A DNA stretch of 53,446 bases, the filler included, from Diploschistes diacapsis (taxonomy: Eukaryota): assembly GCA_023645945.1 (NCBI GenBank). It is 3 parts of 3 records of this genome, joined end to end, with 100 filler letters (N's around TTAATTAATTAA, not from the genome) between each part and the next. Parts side by side here need not be neighbours in the genome. Positions count along the whole stretch, not along the records: positions 1 to 17,789 come from JALAIB010000437.1; 2 more parts are not named here. One strand, given 5' to 3'. Below the pieces are notes generated by a model. The model worked only from the letters and a program-made list of their open reading frames with translations. It searched no databases and was not told the origin of the DNA. Shown piece after piece: positions 1 through 12,079 of the stretch. Position numbers and translations under genes: made by a program. Each line of letters begins with the position of its first letter. Positions within the stretch are counted from its first letter, which is position 1.

Positions 1-2421
1 CCCTTTTCCCATCACGCCTCCCGTGCCCCTGTCCAGCAGGAACAGTCGCGAAACTCGATTCTGGAAACGTGGCAGCCGCCCCCTCAAAAAAAGACTAAAC
101 TGGGTCAGCGTTCAATCCGTACTTGTCGCCATTTCCACAAAACCCACGTGGCCATGTGCTTCTGCAACGTTGATGGTCGTGTGGCGTGTCGCAGCTATTG
201 TGGGAGTGGGAGGGGCTTCGGGCGCATGGCAATGGGACTGAGATGGAGATTGGGAGTCTGGACGCACAAAGTACGAAATAATACAGTAGTCATACTGAGG
301 TAAATGATATGGTAGCAACGACATTAGAAAAAGGGAGAAAGTCTGCCCCCTGCCTACTAGCAAACAGACGGGTCCTGCTGCAGCGTCTTGCTAGCTGGAT
401 TGGCCATGTCAAGGGCTATCAGTAGCAGGAAGCGCGTTATGCAGTACCTATTCTCGGCGGAAAGACTCTGGGTTTCGCTTTTGCAAGGCAAACAACCAGA
501 CGGCAGAGGCGAAGCGATGCCAACTCGCTGTACAAGCTTTGCGGGCACATGTATCGCTTATGACAAATGCCCAGAAAAGTATTTAAGCGAACGTCAGCTG
601 TCAGAAAGGGGCGCGACCGTTGACCGTTCCTACTTCGAAGTGCAGATCCCGTGGCCAAGAAAATGCGAAGCGAACGTGAATGTCTCAGAGGCCACGAGGG
701 AGCAAGGGAGAGGGGGGTCTCGCACCGAATCCCCATCGGCTTGAGTTAGCTCAGAGTTGTTGTTCTTGGAACAGAGGGTTGCAACGTTAAATGGCTTCTG
801 CATGCTTTCCTCGAGAGCAAGCGAAGTGGTTTCAGCAGCAACGATGGTAACCCAGTCCTGGCGGATAGCATCAATGTTGTTGCCGCCACGCAAGAAAGCA
901 TGGCTTTCTGATGCCCTTCGACCCTGTTCCTGCCCCTTCCACTGGATGAGCAGAGCGCTATCGGATCACGACCGCATACAACGTACGCAAATGTAAAATC
1001 ATAGTAACAGGCTAACAGCCACAATTGGCCTATATTTAAGTTGTAACGAGGCAGCGCATGGGAACGGCGATAACTACTCCACTGATGGTAAGTCAACTCG
1101 AGGCATTTTCTGCTAACGAAACAGCCCCGTCGAAAAGGCTTACAAGGCGCCCCCTTCGGCCCTCTCGCATGAAACGGACAGCACAGAACAAAATACAGGA
1201 GTTGCGGCCACGCGCGTGGCATGGCTTGCATTGGATCGTGCGTTGCTGCAGTAGCGCCGTACCCCGAGGCAGTGTAGCAGGAAGCACCATCCATCTTCGT
1301 AGAGAGATCGATGCCATCTCTGCCAGTATCTCCGTGCCGGTCTCCTGGGTACAACGACATGCTCCGTACGTCTGCTTTGCGAGGAAGAGGTCACGTCTAG
1401 TCTAGTCTGGACAATGGTCCCTCGCCCAGATTTTGGGGCGTGCCTCATGCTCCAAGCCATCGGGCCTGTTGGAATACACATTCGAGCCATGGGGTACGAC
1501 TCTGCTCTGTCAGTAGCAAAATCTCTTCTTTGTGGCTTGGAAGGAGTGCAAGTTTCTATCGGCTGTATTATTCTCACCTTCTACCTTGTGGAGAGATTCC
1601 CGGGTCCATGGGTTTGGAGAGCTTCAGATCCTTATTCACTTCCTGCTCCCACACAGGTAAAGTACAGTATTGTATTACATCCGCAAGCTTAGTCTATGCG
1701 CCCAGCCACTAAGGGACTTTTATTTTTATCTTTATTTTTATTTTCTTTATTTCTAAGGTAGCACTGTATTTTCCTGTACTACCTTCCCAAAGATTACAAT
1801 CAATGTCAATGCAAATAATCAAGCATGCAGTAGCGCCCTACTCCGTCCGCGAAACGGGTCAGCAGAGTCGCAGAAGGTCTACCTGACGCACGCTTCTCAG
1901 CTCGCCCAGGTCGCAAAACTCCGAAGAAGTTCCTGCACAAACACAAGCGGCGAATATACTGTCTTCGAGCCTCAAGGGGTGTGTGGTGTGAATCCCGCAC
2001 AAGGTTGCGATTGATTGATTGATCGAGAAACACTGTTAGGCGTGCATATGGCTCTGCTGCCTCGGCGACCTATAATCCTGTGATGCTCGCGATTCATACT
2101 ATCTCTCCATTTACCTATTGCAACGGGCATGGCCACGGCCGTCTAATCAAGCATACAGGCCGTACCTTGGCCATGCAGCCGGGCGCATCAAAGTAGGAAA
2201 ATATACGTCAGCGCTAGAATTGGTTGTTATGGATTTTGGCATTTGCGCAAAGATACTGTTCACTGTTAACTGTTAACTGTTAAACTGTTTAAGGAGATTA
2301 TGCCAAAGAACTTTTCCTGGTTGGGAAAACAACAAGGTTTGCTAACGTTGGCCGGATACGGATACTGAGCTTTCCCGGACCCGAGCAGCAGGTTCAAAAG
2401 GTCTGACCACGCAAGAGAAGA

Positions 2422-2447
2422 AGTAGTAGTAGTAGTAGTAGTAGTAG
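2422..2447. repeat. (GTA)n microsatellite
   Basis: About 8 perfect gta/tag units. Confidence 0.9.
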
Positions 2448-5400
2448 CAGTGGTAGTCGGCCATCTGGACCCAGCAGACCGGGCGCCCGTTGGAAATCAG
2501 GTGCCCGCCCATTGCGCTGGGTTTATTATTAATAATGTTGCCGGAACTTGGTCTGGCCGTCCCTGCTTGGTCTGGTCTTTCTTGTCTATGAGAGTTCCCT
2601 CGTTCCCCCCAGGAGACCTCCCCAGCCGGGGCATTGGAGGGTGTGGCTGGGCATGCCGAGCGCCACCTTGATTGTGCTTGGCATCCCAAGTAGTCTCCGT
2701 TCCAGTTCCAGTGCGAGTCGAATGTTCAAAACTACTTGCATTAGAGACAATACATACCGGTGAATAGGGCGCATCTCCGTATGATCCATAGAGATGTCAA
2801 AACTACAACAGTCCTGCTTTGTGCTCCAGTCGACTAGGGGTGCGTCAACAGCCACGGCCAAAGTAAAACATGTTGCCTGAAGGCCTGATTCGACAAGCTG
2901 GAAATGATCTGTCCAGGGTTCCTTGGGCTTTGACTAGTCCGCATATAGTAAAAACAGACGAAGTGACAGGCGCTATCTCGTCACAGGCTCACAGCGCCAA
3001 CCCACCGGGTCTGCATCTGTTCAACGTTCAAGGCCCCGTCAGTTGTTTCTGGCATGCCTACGCACACGTAGATCCCCTGATCCATGGCTCTTGGCCTTCG
3101 ACAAACTGGGCTGTGTTGCCTCTGGGCTCCAACACAAACGCTGGATTACCTGTCAACGCATGGCAGTCTTGTTGTCTTCGCAGCACAACGTCGCAAGCGG
3201 CTTTCGAAGTAATACAATAGCCAGTCTTATGTAATAGCAGAACTGTATCTGTAGTAGTGCCGGGAAGTATAGCCCTTCCGATCCCTTGGTGCTTGCTGCG
3301 ATGACTTCGGCGAGGTGCCAAGCTCTGTGCAGCCAGACGTCCCCGCAAGTCTTCGCTAAGTCACTTGTTATCCGAGTTTGTACTGACGACCTCGGATGCG
3401 CCATGGTTTCTCGTAATTGCAGTTCTTTCGGGGCATCGCAAATTGTGTACATCTGGAACTTATCATTGAGCCTGGCGGGATTTTGAACGTGACGTTTCTG
3501 TGAAGCTAAAACGCATTTCTGCAGCGGTTGGCCAAGTCATTCTTAAACACTCGACTAAGCTAGTCTTATCACGGCTAGATCATCTCGACTCGAACAATCT
3601 GGTCATAACAAAAGTCAAATATTCGCGACACCCCCAGTCTTACCTTTCTAAGGCAAGCTGCCGCTCAACGTCTCTTATTGACACGGGCATGAAGCAAGGG
3701 TGTTTTTCGAGTAACTGTTAATGAAGCCGACCGGAGAGACGCAGTGGACGGAGGAGTAAAATGCATAGGCTATCCCCCTGAGTCCCTGGACAGAAGAACT
3801 AAATCCCTTTTCCTTGGAGGCAAAGGGTGCTGAAGTTGCCCAAGGGGCTCGGAGTGATCACATCACAGTAGATGAATGTAGGCGCTCTGTTGCAATGCCT
3901 ACCGGATCTCCCCGTACCGCATACATGTATCTCCATGCGAGAGCCTCGAATACCTTCCTTGAGTGGGCTATTACCATTTGCTGTGTAGCAGCACATGGGC
4001 TCGGTTATCGTAATGTATCGTCATGCCTGAGATCTACAAGAGATCTGGAAAGCAAGACTACCACGCGGGAGCATCTCCGAGATGAAAGCCGCTTACCCAA
4101 TTGGGCATGAGATGATTCAAAGTTTTATCACGAGCACTGTCTGTATCCGTTACTAGCTCGAAGATGTCAACAGTTCGCAAATAGTCTAAATTCGTCTCTC
4201 AACGGTCGAATACTACCTGAAGATGTCATGGAATGCGTCTTAGGCCTCTTTAGGGAGTGACAACCAGCGCTCATACTAGGAAGGATTGGTCGACAAAGTC
4301 CAACATGGCTAGGAAAAACGGAGGGGAGTTGCGAAGCCAACTGGCGCTTCCCTAATCACGAATCAACATGAACCTAGTCGTTCCGGGAATTGCACTGGAG
4401 ACTTGTCGTGTTTATCAACAGAACGGCTTGTGCCGTTCTCGTCCCCTTCTCTCCCCACCTGTAATTTATGGCTGCATCGTCAACGTGGCAGCCAGCACCA
4501 CCCTTTTTGCAGTAGCTCAAAAGACTCCAGGGGGATCAACGAGAGGACAACAACGCGCCCGTCAGGCAGCTTATATAAGCGAGGAACCATCTCTTGGCGA
4601 CACCCTCAAGCACTGAAACTCTCGAACGACTTAATAGTCGGACAACCATTAGACTGGAGACTCGTTTCTTAGAGCCTTCAGACAGGGGAAAGCACCCGCG
4701 CATGATCCTTGCTCAAGATCTGACATTAAAAAGTTAGATAGATCGACGGGTCAGACTGGGTCGATGCTAGCGCCTGTTATACACAAGCTAAGGCAAATCA
4801 GAGATTATGCTTTGAATTATTCGAGGAGCATCGCCGTGCTGCAGGTTTCTCTACTTACAATATACAGGGTCTCGTGACAACACCGTCGAGGCATAAGTAC
4901 GAATGCTCGAGGCGCACCAAGGTTCCATGAGCGAATAACACTCCGGAGACTTACGGTATGTGCAAACACGAAGCATGTCCTATGCTCTCCGATTGGGTCG
5001 GGAGATCGAGCGCATGGCCTTGCATGCCTGCTCTTACTACTGCTGAGCTTGCATGAACGTGAGATCGCAGGACGGCACACCAGGTCGCATCAGATCTTGC
5101 AGGATCCGTCGTGCTTTTCGTCCAGATCTGGGAAGGAACACCAACACACGAGTGGACCAATGACTTCAACACTGATGCGGCTTAGCCTTCCCCCAGCTCA
5201 CTAAAGCCCAATATCGTTGCTGTCGCGTCGATAGTCGAAGTGCAGGTGATATTATAGAGCCGGCGACCACTAGAGGCAGTCTGGGTCGACCGGGACGCTC
5301 TGCTTCCAGGTATATTGCGAGGACTTTTGCGCATCGCGATACAATGTCCACTTGTTGAGGAGTGCTTGCGAGATGGAAGAAAGAGCCCTACTTCTGCACT

Positions 5401-6095
5401 TGATTAGAAACCTTCCCTGACTATGGATCTGTAGAGGTCCTCCAATTCGGGATGCCTGAAGTATGAACAACATCCGATCAGTCGCAGGGATCTCCTAAGG
5501 TTCAGATCTGTTCTAGAAAGTATAAGCATGTTTGCTGAGTATGTATCGCTGCAGCTGGTGCCGTGACATCTTCTGTTTCGATGACATCTTCAAGAAAGAA
5601 CTTCCCCTGGCCTCGTTAACAAGGATTGAGAGTAGATTAGAGTTGCTTTGTTACAAGGCTCGGAGATAATGAAAGCCACGATGGTGGAGACTGGATCCTT
5701 CATGTACGCGCGCACGTACCTACCTAGTGAACGAGATCTCCTGCACAGGAGTGAAATATTACAGATACCAGGGGTGTGTGTAAGCGTACGGGAAAGCCGT
5801 AATCTACTAGAGAGACAGTCTCCATAGTAGTGATACGTACATGACATGCTTGCTTTGCTTACATCTTACTAATGTCCCGTAATTATCAAGTTCTTACTGG
5901 GGGCGGATTTGACCCCCTGAGGCTGGGCACAAGTGGCTGCTCTCCCCCCACCCCCCCTTGCCCTTTGCTTAAGCACTAACTAGACACCGCCACTATCTAC
6001 ACCCACCCTGGTCTCTTTAGCGAACTTTCTGAAATTTTGGCACTTTCCCTTCTGGGAAAATGCTAAGCACCTTCTCCCACCCATCACCAACTTGT

Positions 6096-6158
6096 CACCA
6101 CCACCACCACCACCACCACTACCACTACTACGCACTATGCACTACGCACTACGCACTA
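6096..6158. repeat. (CAC)n followed by (CTACGCA)-type heptamer repeats
   Basis: caccaccaccaccaccaccaccactaccactacta followed by cgcactatgcactacgcactacgcactat. Confidence 0.85.
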
Positions 6159-7351
6159 TTCACCCTGCGCGCTCTCGTAGATCTAGCGTTGAATGTGCGT
6201 GTCCCAACCTACAACTTATACAAACTACTGGGCTAAAAGCATTGTGGACTATTCTATACACATCCCCATGCTGCATCTAATGTTCTACTACTCAATTGCT
6301 CCATCAAAGGAATGCGGCCTTTCCCCCCCCCCCCTGTTGCGACATGCTCGCCCTCGTACCTCTTCCCACTCTCACCAGCGCTACTGCATCTGCTTTTCCA
6401 CATTTTTTATATCCCCCGTTGCCTCTCTACAAAGACACGATGCTTCCCGACCATATGTTTTCCGAGCCTCCCTTGCCCTGAAAAAGCTCAGCCACAGGCT
6501 GGCCAAAGTATTAAGACCAAACAGCGTTGTCGTTACATCGCTCCCTTTGGGTTCTCACCTCGCTTTCCCGCCATTCGACTGCAGAGACCTACGGGCGATT
6601 GGTAACAATAATCACAAGATTAGGATCAGGGCTACGAGTTGACAGAACGTTCCCGTTTCCCGGAATAAGCTAATATTGGTACTCAATCTGGCCCTCATAC
6701 CCTAAAAAGGTGCTAGTCCTGCCTTCCCTATCGACTTGGTCTCCTTGTTTGGGTCAACCTTCACTTATCTGTCACGGTCCCGCATCATCCCACAAAAAGC
6801 GGTCTTGCACCTCTGGTTCTGCTCCCTTCACCATCATCGTCTTCTTTACTCTTGCATACTATATCTCCACAGAAATACCTCTTAATAACCTCAAACCATC
6901 CGTTCATTGTCTGTTGGGACTTGAGTCTGTGGTTCAGAGTCCATCCAGGTCTGTCACTGAGAGCGATACGCAGTCAACACCGGCGCAGCATCTTGACAGG
7001 AAACCGCAACATTGAAAGAGGCTTCCCCAAAGTAGTAAAAAGACACAGGGTGACTTGGCATCGAACGCCGCTGTGGTACTTTTTGTCGCGCTTGGACTTG
7101 GCGGGCACTGCGCACCGATATCAATCAATTGCCCTAATCCGGTCTACAGACCCAGAGAAGAGGACTTGGCAGGCCACTTGAAAACTTCTTAAACTCACTT
7201 CCGTTACACTCTCCGTTGCGCTTCTGCAACTGCTCACTGTCTCCTGTTTCAGCTATCAACAGCTATATCACCTGCCTGGAAAGGAGCCTCACGTTACATC
7301 GGTTGTCCAACAGCCAGCTAGCCAAGTTTCTATCAGCAGAGCATCTTTACC

Positions 7352-8494
7352 ATGCCTGTTCATCGTACCAAGAAGGGTCGCTGGGATTCGGAGTCATGCA
7401 GCGCCGCTCAGCAGAAGAGAGGACCGTGGAGTACTGCCGAGGACGAGAGCCTCAGAGACCTTGTCAGGGAGAAAGGCGCCGGAAAATGGGTGCAGATATC
7501 GGACGTCCTGAAGACCAGGTCGCCAAAGCAGTGCCGTGAGAGGTGGCACCAGAACCTCAAGCCCGAGCTTAACCACGAGCCTATCTCCGAGGAGGAGGGC
7601 AGGAGGATCGAAGAAATGGTCAAGGTGATGGGCAAGAAGTGGGCTGAGATCGCCCGCAACATGGAGAACCGAAGCGACAACGCCGTCAAGAACTGGTGGA
7701 ATGGCGGCGAGAACCGTCGCAAGCGAGAACAAGCCAGAGCCAACGAGGGCGCTCACGCTCACATATACGGCGATCCATATCGCGCAGCCCTCGCAAACCC
7801 ATCATACAGATCGCACAACGCTGACGCCATGCTCTTCGACCGCCAGATTCTCCCTCCACTCCGTGGCATTGATCGCGGCACCCTTCCACCACCTCTCCAC
7901 ATCCCAGAGCCCCGCCACTACGTTGACCCAGCCGAGCCCTCGCCCCTGACCGGTGCCACGCCCTCTCTCATCTCAGACACCGGCACCGAACCGTCTCTCC
8001 AAAACGGCTACTACTCCCGCCACTCGAGCTTCACCATGTCGCATCCCCGCTTTACCCACTCCTCCGTCGACATGCACCGCACCCCCAGCAACGAGTCCTA
8101 CGGCTACTCCCCCAAGCAGTGTCACTACAACAACGTCTCCCACCGTGGCTCCCGTGGCGGTGGCGGCGACAACAGCCCCGTCGTATGCCCGCAGATCAGC
8201 CCCGTCCTGCGCTCAGAGATCAGCCCCAGGGTGCGCCCCGAGATGATCCAGCAGGTCAGGAGGCGACCCAGCATCACCGACTTGGCCGAGACGGCGCTGC
8301 AGGACGCGGCTTGTTCCTCGGTGGTGCAGCATCAGCGCTTCGCTTCGAACAGCAACGCCTTTCCAGCGAGCCCCAACGCAATGAGCCCGCCTCGACCCAG
8401 GCCCTCTCCCCCGCGCGAAACGAGCTTCCGTCATACGTCGAGCGGGCCCGAGGAGAGCAAGGCGAAGATGTCGGTCCACAACATCCTCGGCTGA
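7352..8494 (+). CDS. flbD: FlbD/RCA-1-like two-repeat Myb transcription factor, 380 aa, no intron seen
   Basis: Two Myb repeats: KRGPWSTAEDESL...W..IS..L..RSPKQCRERWHQNLKPELN and PISEEEG..IE.MV..MGKKWAEIAR.M.NRSDNAVKNWWNG, matching the recalled Aspergillus FlbD domain; low-complexity S/P-rich C-terminus; C-ending codon bias. Confidence 0.88.
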   Translation: MPVHRTKKGRWDSESCSAAQQKRGPWSTAEDESLRDLVREKGAGKWVQISDVLKTRSPKQCRERWHQNLKPELNHEPISEEEGRRIEEMVKVMGKKWAEIARNMENRSDNAVKNWWNGGENRRKREQARANEGAHAHIYGDPYRAALANPSYRSHNADAMLFDRQILPPLRGIDRGTLPPPLHIPEPRHYVDPAEPSPLTGATPSLISDTGTEPSLQNGYYSRHSSFTMSHPRFTHSSVDMHRTPSNESYGYSPKQCHYNNVSHRGSRGGGGDNSPVVCPQISPVLRSEISPRVRPEMIQQVRRRPSITDLAETALQDAACSSVVQHQRFASNSNAFPASPNAMSPPRPRPSPPRETSFRHTSSGPEESKAKMSVHNILG

Positions 8495-11400
8495 TGCGGA
8501 CCGCGCGTCTGCGTCTGCCTCTCTTCCGCTCGCTCGCTTGCCCACGCCTACGGAGTTTTCTTTTTCGGGATTATGGGATCTGGGGGAACACCTTTTAGCG
8601 AGCGATGGCGCTGGTGGCTTGCTACTTTTTACTCTTTCCTTTTGTTTACTTTTACCATGCCTTGCGCTTGACAGGGTTTGGGATGGATGGGCTGCGGATT
8701 TTGGACACACTGCCTACCCCCCAGTTTCGGGTATTGGAGATGGGAGTACGGTGCTTGCTAATGGCAGTGTCGGTTCGAGTTCTTACGACGACATAGTTTG
8801 CCGCGTTCTTGTTTGGGGAGATATGCGTGTTTTACTACTAGTTACTTGGGCCGGGTGAGCTTCCCGATTCGATCGATGGGTTTTGGTTTGGGAAGGGAGG
8901 GGGAAAAAAGCTACGCGGAAAGAAAAGACAAGAAAAGTATCGCTTGATGGCCGAAGAGGGCTTTGCGAGATATAGGGATGTGCAGAGAGAAAAAGTTCTA
9001 GTATGTAATTGTAATAGTATAGACGCTGCACTTGTGCTGGCTCTGCACTGTTCCGCCCAGTGTGGCCTTTGGAATCATAAAAATTAAAAAAACAGTTCAA
9101 ATTTTGTGCTTGTTTGTGCCAGTCTACTCTACGTGGTGCTTTGCTATGCTCTGCGAAGCTGTGCAATTCATCGTCTTCCCTCGCTGAACGGCTATCATTT
9201 TTGACTCGAGCTGTCAGGCTGTCGCGACCGCCCAAGGCCTGACAGCTTGTGTCTTACGTGTACGTGTACGTTTCCAGTCCAGAGTTCCCCTGGGGGAGAA
9301 AGTGAAACGAGGAACTTCGCTCGGGGGTGGGGGGTCCTTGTCTGGCTGTCTGTCTGCTTACCTGCCGTCACTGTCTCTCGTATCTACTTTTCACCAAACG
9401 CCGCTCGCTGTTGGGAGCCCAGCGAATAAGCCGAGTGCTATTGGACATTTCTTCGTATTGTGAGGTACCGATGCATCGATAATTATGCTGCTGGTACATC
9501 AAGGTGAATTGCTCCTGGTGTCCCAACTAGTTGCGCAATTGCGGATAAAGCTTGACAGGGACACGCTGAAGGGTTTATTTTACTCGATGCGGACGAGCCC
9601 TCGTTGAAAACTTCAAATAGCTTCTTCGGTGCCTGCACAATTTGCTCAGTTCGAGCTCCCTTCCCATGGTACATGCTCTTTCATAAGTTGTGGTGGACTT
9701 GGCAAGTGAAGATTTTTCTGCAAAGCACATCCAAGTTCCATACCTCCGAGCGTTCTCTGACAGCGTGAAGAAGGGAAGAAAAGCGCAGGGTAAAAGTTCC
9801 TGCATAGCTTTGCGCTTCGTCCATGGTTCCTAGCTTCGACAGCTTCCTTCTCGTTTGAGAGGGGGAGCTATTGTGCTCTTTGCACCTCGTCCGTGGTCAG
9901 TAGCTTTCGAGAGCTCTTTCTTGTTCAAGGTAGGGAAGGCCAAGACGAAAGTAGAGAATTCTTGTGAAGCATATCCTATGCCAACCCATGGTGCAAGAAA
10001 CGCCTACCGCGGAACGCAGCTTCCGGTTGAGGTTTGTGTTGAGCAAGTTCTCGACCGCCGGGTCCAGGGTCCTTTGTGCCTGATTCTTTCAAGCTGTTAA
10101 TGTGCAAGTAGCTTTGCCGTCTAACTATTCAACAGACTTCGAGAATCACGCCATCAGACTGTGGTCCGTGCTGGGCAGATTCGGATGCTATAGGTCTGTA
10201 GTCGTTGGCCTGGAGATCGTTATGTGCCAGGTAGCTTTGCTACATCTCCCTCTCCCAAAGCAGTAGTCCTTTCAAGACATCAGCGATTATTGAAGGGTTT
10301 CCTTTGAAGAGGTAGCTAAGCCATACTCACTTGGCGGTGGAAGGGATGCCAAGCGTTGTTCAGGTACGATGGAAACTGCTCATTCTCGTTCCCAGCCGCC
10401 TCTCTCTTCGACGATAGCAGTTCACTGTCAGCTTGAAAGCAGCTTCAATGACTGTAACGCCTTCTCGTTGGATGACAGCGAACGGGACATGATCCATCGC
10501 TACCTGCTGCCATCTCCACTGGTTATCTTCCTTGCTCAGTGGAGATCCAAGGTTTGCATACTAACTTACTCGAGGCCCACTGTCGCTTCGACGCACCGTA
10601 TTTATAACAGACTCTCTTGAAACATACTTCCAATAATACATGTATCTTACAGTTATTTCAGAACATGGACGATACATGTAAAAATGGGCTTCACTACAAC
10701 CAACATTGACTTGAAGTCGAAAGGCTTGGCGGTGACGGAAGAGCCGCAGAACAAGTCCAGATAAGCGAGCAACAAAACCCTACCAAGAGATCTCGAACAG
10801 TAATTTCCTGTATAGGTAATTATGCTTGTAAAGTGTTCATCCGAGCGCAGTCTTTACTTCATAAAATGCATTGGCGTTGGGGGAGGATCAAGGGTTTGGC
10901 CATGAAAGCCTATTGCCTCTAAGGCTGCTCCCTGATTTCCTCCTTCGCGTCTTTTGCTTCAGAGGTAGGGTTCTTTCAAAGTAACAGTACAATAGGCGCA
11001 GCGAAGTTAAGAGCTTGACACAGGATTTCTTTTCATCTCGATGTTGGTTTCTATCAAATTTACATAGCTCTCTCCGCGCTCCAGAACCCTTACGAGTAAT
11101 ATGCGCGTTTTGGACAATAGAAGATATCGAATTTGAAACGCGTTTCTCCAACTCAAGACTGCTTACAACTAATATCAAAGCCCGTGACGGATGGTATGTG
11201 CGTTGCGGACAATAGGAGACGTTGAACACCAGATGAACCTCCGTATTAACTTCTGCCGATCCTCGCTGCGCAGCACAATAGCTTGACAACTACCTATTGA
11301 TATCCATCATGGACTTCTATTCTGAAGCCCCGAGTCATATGGACAAGATGAAACGCCTCAAGATGCTATTGTGCGCTTCCCAACCAGCATATCAAGCTAT

Positions 11401-11670
11401 GATGCTGCAGGTATACAAATCTCGCGGGCAGATATCTCTCTTCTCTTCTTCCTTTCTTCTTCACCACTGCAACTTCTCTTCACGATAGTACGTCTCGTAG
11501 ATCGAACTGTGCTCTCAGCTTCTGCATTGATTGCAATTCTCATACAGCTTCTCCTGCTATCTTCTCTTTTACAACCCTCCCTGCTGCTCAGACGGCGATA
11601 ACTCCATTTTACCTTTGACGAGAGTCCCAGACTTACTAGCAAGACTTTGTGGCGATCGTCTCTTTGCATT

Positions 11671-11884
11671 ATACTGTCAAGCCAGCTTCTCGGAGACCAG
11701 GCAAGTATACACAGACGTCCGCTTGAAGCTCACGTTGTACCTTCCCTCCTTACAGCATACTGTCAAGTCAGCTTCTCAGAGACCAAGCAAGTATACACAG
11801 TCGTCCGCCTGTGAAGCTCACGCAATTCCTTTTTCCTATACAGTGTACTGTCAAGTCAGCAAGTCAGACTCACGCAAGTACACG
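11671..11884 (+). repeat. Imperfect direct repeat, ~86-88 bp period, about 2.5 copies, upstream of the 12080 gene
   Basis: Unit 'atactgtcaagYcagcttctcRgagaccaRgcaagtatacacagWcgtccgc..gaagctcacg' begins at 11671 and 11757; a partial third copy 'gtactgtcaagtcagc...gcaagtacacg' begins at 11845. Confidence 0.9.
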
Positions 11885-12079
11885 ATACTTACTGGTTGAG
11901 TATACACTCCATATCCTCCTCCCCTTTACGTTAGACGGTAGCAAGTCGCAGAGGCGAGCTGCTCTACACATTCCTCAAGCACATTCTCCATATTACATCT
12001 CTTGTACCCCCTTTCTCGCCTCGTCACTATAGCCTAGCTACCACCTTGAGCACACACCTCGAAGTACTTAGCGTTCACC

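Noticed and set aside
1..6100. Many 60-200 aa ORFs, e.g. 746-1360
   Set aside because: No codon bias, motifs or coherent splice structure; consistent with chance ORFs.
9500..10620. Possible degraded minus-strand coding relic
   Set aside because: Only short open stretches with frequent stops and no identifiable motif.
11671..11884. CRISPR-like repeat-spacer pattern
   Set aside because: Eukaryotic context, degenerate units, no unique spacers and no cas genes.
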